IMG/VR virus record: IMGVR_UViG_3300043410_001789
Coordinates: 1 to 64,000 of that record
From: a virus
Strand: one strand, 5' to 3'
DNA length: 64,000 nucleotides
A program made the translations under genes and the position numbers. Shown piece after piece: positions 9,305 to 20,592 of the stretch. The notes under the pieces were generated by a model. That model was not told where the DNA came from. It was given only the letters and a program-made list of their open reading frames with translations, and searched no databases. The stretch's first letter is position 1. Each line of letters starts with the position of its first letter.

Positions 9305-9378
9305 CGATCTGTATGGGACTTGAACCCACGACCCCCACCGTGACAGGGTGGTGCTCTAACCAACTGAGCTAACAGACC
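9305..9378 (-). tRNA. tRNA-Asp(GUC)
   Basis: GGTCTGT/ACAGATC acceptor, CCACC-CTGTCAC-GGTGG, TTCAAGT T-loop; no CCA. Confidence 0.95.
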
Positions 9379-9380
9379 AA

Positions 9381-9570
9381 ATGTGAGAAGGTGGATTGTC
9401 TATTACCACCAAGGAGAAGTCTAGATACCATTAGAGTACCGCCTTAGTCCTACCACAGTCTTGCTCCGCTAAGAGCAGGGACGCTAATCCCAACTGTGTG
9501 CCTTTCTCGTTCCATCTAGACAAGGAACTTCGTTCAGCCATTCTCCAGATCCCTCGTCAGGAATCTGTTT
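9381..9570 (-). ncRNA. Candidate structured RNA B (inter-tRNA)
   Basis: CAGATTCCT/AGGGATCTG, GTTCC/GGAAC, CACAGT/ACTGTG enclosing two hairpins with identical TTAGCG loops, GGTGG/CCACC; loop-loop TTGTCTA/TAGACAA. Confidence 0.65.
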
Positions 9571-9571
9571 G

Positions 9572-9642
9572 AGCGAATAGGGAGAATCGAACTCCCACCT
9601 TCTGCTTGGAAGGCAGAGGCACTACCATTATGCAACATTCGC
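9572..9642 (-). tRNA. tRNA-Gly(UCC)
   Basis: GCGAATG/TATTCGC acceptor, TCTGC-CTTCCAA-GCAGA, TTCGATT T-loop; no CCA. Confidence 0.95.
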
Positions 9643-9692
9643 ATTTACCTGCTTTTATCCATACCCAGGAGTGGTGCAGGTGGAACCATTAG

Positions 9693-9764
9693 CTGCCCCT
9701 GCTGGATTCGAACCAACAACCTTAGAGTTAACAGCTCTCTGCTCTGCCGTTGAGCTAAGGGGCA
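9693..9764 (-). tRNA. tRNA-Asn(GUU)
   Basis: TGCCCCT/AGGGGCA acceptor, loop CTGTTAA, TTCGAAT T-loop; no CCA. Confidence 0.93.
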
Positions 9765-9883
9765 AGGTGGTAGGAAACGACAACGCCTACCTCGTCAGAG
9801 TAATTACCTCACTCAGCACCGCACGTTATTATCTAGAATAATCTGCTGCGTACTCAGGTCATGTTCTCTATTTATTTGTAAAT

Positions 9884-10678
9884 CTATTGTAGCACGTTCA
9901 CAAACTTAGCGTCAAGCGTTCCAGAAACAAATTTTGCAGCAACTGCAACGTTTCCTGCTGACGTAGTATTTGGAATTAGTCCAAGAATTGGTGACTTATA
10001 AGAATATACTGATGCTGAGGCAAAGTAGTCCGTACTGGCATCTGCAGCATATGAGCTTACAACCACACCCAGCTTATTGAGAGATCCAACACTAACTGAG
10101 TTTGTCTCCAAAATACATGCTGGATAACTAATCTTTGTTCCTTGTGTGTTGCCAGTAGCGACAAATACTGGGATTCCTAGTGACTTAAGGTTAGCAATTT
10201 GACTACGAATAGTTGCATCTGCTTTAGCAACACCACCATATGGTGCAGTATTTACGCTTGCAGGAGTACATCCAGAAGTTCCATTAAAGTAACGTGAAAT
10301 GGCTACAGCACCAACTGATGAAGAATGAGAGGATACCCAATTCAATGCATCAATAAAGTTTCCTGCGTTTACATCACTTACAGACTTTGCACTTGGAAAT
10401 CCAGCCCTCAATGCAATAATTGATAGTCCAGGATTTTGCTTCTTTGCAACCTCCACCATGGCATCGCCATGATTAATATTGTCGGATAGGCTTGCTGGGA
10501 TAGTCTTAACCACGTCTGTACATGGCTTATCTTCTAGAGTTACACAAGACACATTCCCACTAATCACACGTGAATCAAAATAGGAATCGATGATTACTAG
10601 TGATTTGGTTTCTGCCTGTGCTGGAGTTACTGAAATAGATGCAATCAATGCACCCAAAATAATTGCTGTTTTCTTCAT
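9884..10678 (-). CDS. Secreted subtilisin-like (S8) serine protease
   Basis: Signal peptide (MKK...PAQA); IIDS (Asp), NHG (His), ATGN (oxyanion Asn), NTTSAG (Ser motif variant). Confidence 0.75.
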   Translation of the reverse strand: MKKTAIILGALIASISVTPAQAETKSLVIIDSYFDSRVISGNVSCVTLEDKPCTDVVKTIPASLSDNINHGDAMVEVAKKQNPGLSIIALRAGFPSAKSVSDVNAGNFIDALNWVSSHSSSVGAVAISRYFNGTSGCTPASVNTAPYGGVAKADATIRSQIANLKSLGIPVFVATGNTQGTKISYPACILETNSVSVGSLNKLGVVVSSYAADASTDYFASASVYSYKSPILGLIPNTTSAGNVAVAAKFVSGTLDAKFVNVLQ

Positions 10679-10690
10679 ACCCTTTTTTTC

Positions 10691-10891
10691 TTATTGTAGT
10701 AGTTTTACGACTGGTGAACATGGGTCTCCGCCATCTTCCCACTCTTGTTCTTCTTCTTCGGTCATGTACGGATCTCCGTCATGAGTATAGCAGAATGGCT
10801 CTGAAACCCATCCTTGCTCTATACCAACCTGTAGCCATTGCCACATGTCTTGTTCATCTAAAATAACGATGTCTTTGTCATTGTTTTCCAT
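10691..10891 (-). CDS. Small acidic hypothetical protein
   Basis: WLQVGIEQGWVSEPFCYTHDG...GGDPC; has its own consensus promoter. Confidence 0.7.
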   Translation of the reverse strand: MENNDKDIVILDEQDMWQWLQVGIEQGWVSEPFCYTHDGDPYMTEEEEQEWEDGGDPCSPVVKLLQ

Positions 10892-10897
10892 GTATAT

Positions 10898-10926
10898 ATT
10901 TTACTCCAGTATTGAGGAAATGTCAA
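10898..10926 (-). promoter_or_regulatory. SigA promoter, leaderless arrangement
   Basis: TTGACA-17 bp-TAAAAT, 6 nt before ATG at 10891. Confidence 0.8.
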
Positions 10927-11313
10927 CTATTCTTTACTTAAAAAGTATTCGGTTAGGTCTGGATTTTCACGAAGAACTAACAAGATAGTATCTTCATACA
11001 TTGCAATAAAGTAGTGCTCCCAGGTAGCAATAATTTCATCAGACTGCGTGTTTTCCATATCTGGCTTAATACCACTAGCACCATTAGAATAACGAATGGC
11101 ATGCAATAGTTCGTGAAGCAGCGTTTGACGCTTACGTGATGGTGGACAGTCTTTGTCTAAAACAATAGTATTGCTCTTTTGTAGGGTATAACCATAGCTA
11201 TCATCATTTATATAGCCATCATTGTTGCGTGATCTTTCAACAATTTCCCAATTTTGTGCCCCAATTTTAACTCTTGATGGCAATTTTGGATATTTGATTG
11301 TTTTTGTAGTCAT
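10927..11313 (-). CDS. HEXXH zinc-metallopeptidase-like protein (ImmA/IrrE-like)
   Basis: QTLLHELLHAI plus a downstream Glu. Confidence 0.65.
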   Translation of the reverse strand: MTTKTIKYPKLPSRVKIGAQNWEIVERSRNNDGYINDDSYGYTLQKSNTIVLDKDCPPSRKRQTLLHELLHAIRYSNGASGIKPDMENTQSDEIIATWEHYFIAMYEDTILLVLRENPDLTEYFLSKE

Positions 11314-11342
11314 TGAAAACCTCTCTCGGACGTTATCTTTAT

Positions 11343-11371
11343 AGTATACACTATCCGAAAGAGGTTGTCAA
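11343..11371 (-). promoter_or_regulatory. SigA promoter inside an inverted repeat
   Basis: TTGACA-17 bp-TATACT; inverted repeat arms at 11318-11330 and 11354-11366 (12/13 match). Confidence 0.8.
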
Positions 11372-11377
11372 TAGCGA

Positions 11378-11758
11378 CTAAACTTCAGTATCTTCGTCAA
11401 CTGGTGGGTGCTCAAAGTCTGGGTCTGGTACATAGCCTGACACAGCCTCATATGGGTGATCAATTGGCAAGTCCAGAGGACCTTCTGCTAACTGCTTGAC
11501 AGCCTCTTCTGGCTTATCAAGATGCTTTAGCTTAACAGTCTGCTGGAATGCAGCATTGATTTCATCCTTTGTTAGCTTTCCATCTTCTAGGAATGCTAGA
11601 GACAGCAATTCGATGACCTTAGCTACTGCCAAGATACCACCCATTGTTGCTGCCAGTACTGGAGGAACGCCTCCAATAGCTCCAGCACCGATTACACCAA
11701 GTGCTGAGGCTACAAACGTTGCAATAATTCTCATTATTACGTTACCAAATAGCTTCAT
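11378..11758 (-). CDS. Two-TM membrane protein (holin-like candidate)
   Basis: Two hydrophobic segments, then DGKLTKDEINAAF and an acidic tail. Confidence 0.55.
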   Translation of the reverse strand: MKLFGNVIMRIIATFVASALGVIGAGAIGGVPPVLAATMGGILAVAKVIELLSLAFLEDGKLTKDEINAAFQQTVKLKHLDKPEEAVKQLAEGPLDLPIDHPYEAVSGYVPDPDFEHPPVDEDTEV

Positions 11759-11858
11759 ACTATTTTCCTTTCTGTGGGGTTATTTTTTAGTCTGGTACCT
11801 CGCTGCCGAGATGTCAGGCTTTTCTTTTGTTTCTTGTAGTTCATAATAGTTCATACTA

Positions 11859-12026
11859 TTACTCACCGTCCTTTCTCAATGGGTACGTCACTGTCCATAA
11901 GGCAAGCGTACCCAAGATGCAATAGCCAACTATAGTCTTGGCAGACCCTTCAAGGACTACCCAGGCTACGAACATACCTAATAATGTCCATGCTTGGCCT
12001 AAAATATCGTTTAGGAATTTCTTCAC
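11859..12026 (-). CDS. Small two-TM membrane protein (55 aa)
   Basis: Not in track. MKKFLNDILGQAWTLLGMFVAWVVLEGSAKTIVGYCILGTLALWTVTYPLRKDGE; GTGA overlap with the PA14 gene stop. Confidence 0.75.
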   Translation of the reverse strand: MKKFLNDILGQAWTLLGMFVAWVVLEGSAKTIVGYCILGTLALWTVTYPLRKDGE

Positions 12027-14167
12027 TTTGTTTCCCTCCTTCTTGAAGATGGCTTTGATTCTGATGTTGATGAATCTCCACTACCACCAGAAGATCCACC
12101 AGAAGATCTAGATGACGAATTAGATGAACTAGAACCAGCAGCTGAAGATGTTGTGGCTGCTGCAGCGGTAGTAGCAGTTACGGTTGCATTTACCGCTGCA
12201 CCTGCAGCAATAACAGAAGCAACTACTGTTTTTTCTGCTTCATCACGAACTTGTGGGGACATGTCAGCACCAACGTTTCCCAGGGCATTAAATGTTTCTA
12301 AAACAACAGCTGCACCAGGTATGGATTCAAGTGCTGGTGGAAGAACTGGATCATCTGCTATAGCAGCAATAGCAAGAGCCTCAAGGGCTTTTTCGTATTG
12401 TGGTGAACCTTGTTCTGCTGTTTCAAATACTGCATTAGCTGCCTCTACAAGTTGTTCAATTTGTTTGTCAGACATTTGTTCTGGTGCTATGTCTGTTAAA
12501 ACTGCTATAGCAGCAACGGCTTCTTCTACTCGTAGCTCAGGTTCTGATTGTACTTCTGGGGTTGGTAACGGCTCTGGAGTTGATGACGGTTGTGGCTCAG
12601 GCGTTGCTGGCTCTTGAGAAGTGCTCTGGGACGGCGAAGGCGTAGGTGTTGGCTCTCTGAATGGTGGAATGGCTTCCAATTCCTGTTGAGCGACATTAAG
12701 CTCCTGCTGTTTTGTATTTACATCATTAGATGCTGATTCAATTATACCTGCTTTTTCAGTCTGAGTCGTTATTGCAGAGTCATATGAGGATTGGGCACTT
12801 GATGTATTTTGAGCTGATACCACTAAAGATTGTTGTGCAGATGATACTGCAGCTTCTGCTGCTGCTACAACTGTAGCTAAGGCAGGATCATTAATTAATG
12901 GGGCAGAGGCATTAACATCTGGTATCATCCTAGTTCGCTCTTCTCTGCGATATCTAGTTTCTTCAGTATAGAATGTTACATCAACATATATTGTTTCATC
13001 GTGTGACGTTGTTATGGTTGAATAGGTAGTTACATCTTCATAAGTTGTTACATCTTCATAGGTGGTGACTTCTTCATAGGTGGTTACGTCATTGTAGGTA
13101 GTAACATCTTCATAGGTTGTTGTTGCAGTTACTTGTGTTCCAAGCCAGGCTGCTGGAACTACCTGGAAACTTGAACCATTAACTAATTTAGCGTTTAGTT
13201 GTACCCAAGCACCTCCACCATTTTCATAGTAGTATAATGTGAATGGATAGAGAACTCCACCCATAATATTTACAGGCTGCGAAATAGATCCACCGCCACC
13301 CTTGTCTACCCAGTCACTAATTAGTCTCATACCAGCGACATCAAGAATTACCCCATCGTCTGCTGGTGCATAAAATTGATACTGTCCATCTGCTGGAAAG
13401 ATTAAGTTACCAGTAAATTTAACAATAACGTCTTCTGAATACCAAACATTTCCCTGTTGAAGAATATATCCACTACCCCATTGAAAATCAATATTGGAGA
13501 CTGTTGTTGTAAGTACTGGAGTTTCTCCTTCATATGGCAGTGGTGGTGCTTGATTGTATCCTCTGCGATTGTACATTTGTGCCATAATACCGCCACTTGT
13601 TGTATACGTTGTATGAGCAACCTGTGTAGTTGTAGGAACGCTTGTTGTACGAGCAACAGTTGTTGTTGTTGCTACAGTATTTGTGGTAGCTACCCTAGAG
13701 GTAGAAGATATCGTAGATGTATCGTATACTGTTATTGTTCTAGCTTCTTGCGTTACATTTGGAACCTGTACAGTATATGGAACATCAACATAATATGTTT
13801 CCTGTACCTCTGGCCTTACCCAAGATGGATCCGATATTAATAAGGTATTATAGTTGGTTTGAGCTTGCTGTAATGATGCCTGAGCTGCATCAACAGACTG
13901 TTGTGCACTTTGTTGTATTGCTATTGCAGAATCTAAATTTGTTTTAGCAGATTCAACCACTGCATCCGCATTTGCTTTATCAGCAATTGCATTTTGATAT
14001 GCAGCTTGTGCTTGTGTTAAGGCATCTTGAGCAGCAGAAACTTTAGCCTGAGCTTGTGCCACTTCTGCATCATACTCTGCTCTAGTTTGAGCGATTGCAT
14101 AGTTTACAGAAAAAAGTGGGGCTATGGCTATTAATATTGCTAGGATAAGTCTTTGGGGTTTTTTAAT
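12023..14167 (-). CDS. Secreted, membrane-anchored PA14-domain stalk protein
   Basis: PA14 motifs IDFQWGSG, ADDG, YYENGGGA; Ala/Gln coiled coils; C-terminal hydrophobic segment and basic tail. Frame is open upstream of 14062 through a signal peptide to ATT at 14167. Confidence 0.8.
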   Translation of the reverse strand: MKKPQRLILAILIAIAPLFSVNYAIAQTRAEYDAEVAQAQAKVSAAQDALTQAQAAYQNAIADKANADAVVESAKTNLDSAIAIQQSAQQSVDAAQASLQQAQTNYNTLLISDPSWVRPEVQETYYVDVPYTVQVPNVTQEARTITVYDTSTISSTSRVATTNTVATTTTVARTTSVPTTTQVAHTTYTTSGGIMAQMYNRRGYNQAPPLPYEGETPVLTTTVSNIDFQWGSGYILQQGNVWYSEDVIVKFTGNLIFPADGQYQFYAPADDGVILDVAGMRLISDWVDKGGGGSISQPVNIMGGVLYPFTLYYYENGGGAWVQLNAKLVNGSSFQVVPAAWLGTQVTATTTYEDVTTYNDVTTYEEVTTYEDVTTYEDVTTYSTITTSHDETIYVDVTFYTEETRYRREERTRMIPDVNASAPLINDPALATVVAAAEAAVSSAQQSLVVSAQNTSSAQSSYDSAITTQTEKAGIIESASNDVNTKQQELNVAQQELEAIPPFREPTPTPSPSQSTSQEPATPEPQPSSTPEPLPTPEVQSEPELRVEEAVAAIAVLTDIAPEQMSDKQIEQLVEAANAVFETAEQGSPQYEKALEALAIAAIADDPVLPPALESIPGAAVVLETFNALGNVGADMSPQVRDEAEKTVVASVIAAGAAVNATVTATTAAAATTSSAAGSSSSNSSSRSSGGSSGGSGDSSTSESKPSSRRRETK
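13022..13120 (-). repeat. 18-bp coding tandem repeat (TTYEDV-like x5)
   Basis: TTYEDV TTYNDV TTYEEV TTYEDV TTYEDV TTY. Confidence 0.85.
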
Positions 14168-14224
14168 TTTGGAGTCTCCTTGTCAAACCTGAGTCTAACA
14201 AAATAATTATAGCATTGTTTGGAT

Positions 14225-14253
14225 AAAAGAAAAGGGGGAGCTTTTGCTCCCCC
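14225..14253 (-). terminator. Rho-independent terminator after nrdF
   Basis: GGGGGAGC-AAAA-GCTCCCCC followed by TTTTCTTTT. Confidence 0.85.
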
Positions 14254-14271
14254 ATCTTTTTATATTATCGG

Positions 14272-17322
<3,051 letters not shown>

Positions 17323-17330
<8 letters not shown>

Positions 17331-17733
17331 TTAGTTTTTCCAACCTCTCTTTTACTTTAAGGACATCTTCTGATGTTCCGAATATTTCTACCCTGGCTAT
17401 TATGGGGACACCAGTTTTCCCAGATATTATTTCTGCTGCTTTACAGAAATGAATACCAAAATTAGTATTGCCAAGTCCAACAATCCCAACAAGCAAATTC
17501 CTGTTTTCAGGAATATTTAAAAAGTGTCGAACCTGTCTGGGGATTGCAGATTTTTCACTACCCCCACCATAAGTTGGTACAAAAAGTACATAGCGGTTGC
17601 TGACAGTAATAGGGCTATCAATATCCCAGTCAATAGGAATACGAATAGTGTTGCTGTTGTTGACATCTAATTTCTCCACAAATCTCTTAGTATTCCCAGA
17701 ATAATTTGAGAAGTATACAATATCTAGTGACAT
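17323..17733 (-). CDS. nrdI: NrdI flavodoxin
   Basis: [25 protein letters not shown]; adjacent to nrdE. Confidence 0.95.
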
Positions 17734-17765
17734 CTATTTTAACTCCTTTTTTAATCTGGGGACAG

Positions 17766-17793
17766 AAAAGGGAGAGAGCCGAAACTCTCTCCC
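17766..17793 (-). terminator. Rho-independent terminator
   Basis: GGGAGAGAG-TTTCGG-CTCTCTCCC-TTTT. Confidence 0.8.
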
Positions 17794-17811
17794 CAATCAA
17801 TTTTACCACAA

Positions 17812-18792
17812 TTACTTAAGTAGGGCAACCTTGCTCTTTGGGTGAGCCTTGTTCCACTTAGTAGCAAGTGCGTTGTACTTGTTCTTGTTTCCAAGAGCAG
17901 CTGCATCAGCGAGGGCTAGCTTTGCGGTAAGCTCTGCTACCTGTGCAGTAAGTGCATTCTTATCTGCAGTTAGGGCAGTTACCTTACCGTTTGCAATTGC
18001 CAACTCTGCATCCTTCTCTGCTACAAGAGCAGCAAGGTCTACAACCTTAAGAGTTCCACGAACGAAACCAGTAGGAGTAGCAAGACCAGTAACAGCAGTT
18101 GCTACAGTAGCAGTTGCAATTAGGTCATACGAGCCAACAGCAAGACCAGTTAGTTCCTTGGTAGCCTCACCCTTAGCGTCAGTAGTTACTGAGTAGGTGT
18201 TGGTTGCAGTTGCAGAAACTACCTGTAGTGCTACGGTTGATCCAGCAACAGGGTTACCAAATACGTCAGTACCAGTAACGGTTACCTTAGCAGTTGTTCC
18301 AAGTGCAGCAGTCGGAGCAGCAAGTGCAATAGTGTTTAGTGCACCAGCAGCACCCTTAACATAATATGTTGCCAGGGTGTTTGTTCCATCTGACAAAACA
18401 ACCTTACCAGTCTTAGTGGTAGTTGTAAATACATTAAATGATGCAACAGTACCAGTACCAGTTGCAACAGTTGCAGTTGCGGTACCAGCAGATGGAAGAA
18501 CAGTTGTTCCAACGGTTGCGGTTAGCTTTGCATCAGTTGCAGTAGCAGTTACGGTTACATTGTTTGCGAGACCAGTCAGGTCAATGCGTAGAACGTCGCC
18601 AGAGGTAACGTTATTGTCTGCAGGGACTGGAAGAGTAACTGCAGTTGCTTCAGTAGTACCAGCAACGGTAGCTGAGTCTCCACCCACGAGGGCAAATCCG
18701 ACTGCAGCATTAGCTGGTGCTGCCACGAGGGCAGTTGTAGCAATTGCTACTGCAGTGGCAATAGCAATAAAAGGCTTCTTAAATGAAGTCAT
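17812..18792 (-). CDS. Secreted Ig-like (Big-1) surface / S-layer-like protein
   Basis: Signal peptide ending PANA; Ala/Thr/Val beta-rich; TDVFGNPVAG Big-1 motif; C-terminal coiled coil and basic tail. Confidence 0.7.
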   Translation of the reverse strand: MTSFKKPFIAIATAVAIATTALVAAPANAAVGFALVGGDSATVAGTTEATAVTLPVPADNNVTSGDVLRIDLTGLANNVTVTATATDAKLTATVGTTVLPSAGTATATVATGTGTVASFNVFTTTTKTGKVVLSDGTNTLATYYVKGAAGALNTIALAAPTAALGTTAKVTVTGTDVFGNPVAGSTVALQVVSATATNTYSVTTDAKGEATKELTGLAVGSYDLIATATVATAVTGLATPTGFVRGTLKVVDLAALVAEKDAELAIANGKVTALTADKNALTAQVAELTAKLALADAAALGNKNKYNALATKWNKAHPKSKVALLK

Positions 18793-18816
18793 ATTTTTGT
18801 TTTCCTTTTCTCTTTG

Positions 18817-20592
18817 TTAGATTAGATCAAATCTAGCCAGGTATTCACGAACCTCTTTTGGCATAGGCTTATATTCTATCACATTATCCCTGTCCTTGTC
18901 AACCTGTGATTTTGGCCTGTCCCTAAAAGTATGAACCTCTACCTCAAGGTTTTGATCTTTTGGTGTGTGTGCGATTGCACCGTAGATTGCACCACAGACA
19001 GCGTCTGCAAGGTCCTTAGAGGACTTTCTAGGGTGGTCTACACGGTTTTGTTTAACTATCTTAAGTTCTGTAAGCTCTTCAAACAAAAGGTCAATTGCTG
19101 GCATAACCAAGCGGTCTTCATATACCAGCATAGCCATGTCTTCATAGTGTTTCTTTGCAACAGACACAGTTTCAGTTCTCATTCCGACTTGCTTTAACTC
19201 ATTCTGAATATCGAATGATTGCCAGCGGTCAAATGATACCATGCCAATATTAAATCCTAGTCTACGTAGATTTTGGATCCATTGCTTTACCTCGGAAAGA
19301 TTGACAGGACCCTCTACCTTTGGTTCCCACCAAGCTACTGCATCAACTACAACAATTGGCATGACCTGTTGATAATCTCTACCAATTTGAATATTTACCC
19401 ATTTGTCTACGTGAGCAATTGCAACAGCACATTTGTCATGCTTCTGTGCAAGGTCAGCGTGAACGTAATAAGTTTTTTCTGGGTCTGGTGTAAATGATGT
19501 ATCAAACCTTCTGTGCTGATCCAGTGGATTACGGATGCTCATAGCACTACGAATCTTGTCTTCTTGTCTAAAGAATCTGTCAGAGGAGAATGTAGGAACA
19601 CAGGCAAAGCGTTGCATCGCATCCCCCATATCAGTAAAGAATGCTAATTTAAAATCATCAATTTTTCTTGTAGGATTAACTACCCAGGTAGGACGCTTTA
19701 GTGCAAACATACCTGGATATTTATAAGAAACAATTGTGTCTTCATCCCACTCAATATCTAGATAGTTACCTTCTTGATCTTCTGGAAGTTCTGGATTCAT
19801 TATAAATCTGTGATGCTTTGTAACAACATCTTTCTCTGCAATTACCGTTTCATATCTAGACGAGATAAAGTCTCCTGGGTAACGAGGGAAGGAAAGAAGA
19901 GCAACTTTGCCCAAGTCTGGGAAACGTGAATCCACAGACGCACGGAATGCTTTGTAAATATTATCCGCAGTTTTTCCCTGGTCATTGCCAGTTCCAATCT
20001 CAGTAGCAAATCCTGAGATTTCGTCCAATACAGCGAGTATAAGGTTGAGACCCTCGTGTGATTCACGTTCGGAGTGACCAGAATAAACTGTGATAGAGTG
20101 ATCAAACTCAATGCTTTCTGCTTTAGCGTTAAATTTTCCAGCAAACCATGGAGACTTTTCGATCTTAGTCTTAAAGCCTTTAAAGAAGACGTTCTTAGCC
20201 TGTTGTGCGTTAATCGCAACGTTGATAATATCGATAGCGTCACCTGAAGGTTTACCGAAATAACGAGCAGGGTCCTTAAGACAAAGTAGTTTATATACGA
20301 TATAGGAACAAGCAACAGTAGAAGTAAAGTCTTTACCAGACCCCTTGCCAAGTTGTAGAATGACTTCATTCTTAGTGTATTTCTTGTAATAGCGTCTACC
20401 CTCTTCTTCGCCCATTAGATCGATAAGATCTTCTAGTTTATAAATTTGTGACATTGCTTCTACGATGTCGTATTGAATTTGTGACAGTGGTGGTTGATTT
20501 AGATACGCTTCGCCCTCAACAAATGTCTTAGCATCTACAGGACGCTCTGCAAAATTGTCGGACTTAAGTGCTTCTAAAAAATCATCAAACAT
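18817..20592 (-). CDS. terL: Terminase large subunit
   Basis: LGKGSGKD Walker A, VLDE Walker B, HADLA...DRWQS...SKDLADAV nuclease domain. Confidence 0.9.
   Translation of the reverse strand: MFDDFLEALKSDNFAERPVDAKTFVEGEAYLNQPPLSQIQYDIVEAMSQIYKLEDLIDLMGEEEGRRYYKKYTKNEVILQLGKGSGKDFTSTVACSYIVYKLLCLKDPARYFGKPSGDAIDIINVAINAQQAKNVFFKGFKTKIEKSPWFAGKFNAKAESIEFDHSITVYSGHSERESHEGLNLILAVLDEISGFATEIGTGNDQGKTADNIYKAFRASVDSRFPDLGKVALLSFPRYPGDFISSRYETVIAEKDVVTKHHRFIMNPELPEDQEGNYLDIEWDEDTIVSYKYPGMFALKRPTWVVNPTRKIDDFKLAFFTDMGDAMQRFACVPTFSSDRFFRQEDKIRSAMSIRNPLDQHRRFDTSFTPDPEKTYYVHADLAQKHDKCAVAIAHVDKWVNIQIGRDYQQVMPIVVVDAVAWWEPKVEGPVNLSEVKQWIQNLRRLGFNIGMVSFDRWQSFDIQNELKQVGMRTETVSVAKKHYEDMAMLVYEDRLVMPAIDLLFEELTELKIVKQNRVDHPRKSSKDLADAVCGAIYGAIAHTPKDQNLEVEVHTFRDRPKSQVDKDRDNVIEYKPMPKEVREYLARFDLI

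Noticed and set aside
9135-9570. tmRNA, RNase P, group I intron or glycine/fluoride riboswitch identity for the spacers
   Set aside because: Only 4-6-nt fragments of these consensus motifs are present; the defining cores are missing.
9063-9764. Alternative genetic code or suppressor tRNAs
   Set aside because: Genes translate at full length in the standard code, all three stops are used, and all four anticodons are sense.
9765-9800. Hammerhead ribozyme (CTGACGA followed by a stem)
   Set aside because: The required GAAA after stem II and a matching cleavage triplet with stem III are absent; the same holds at 9552-9560.
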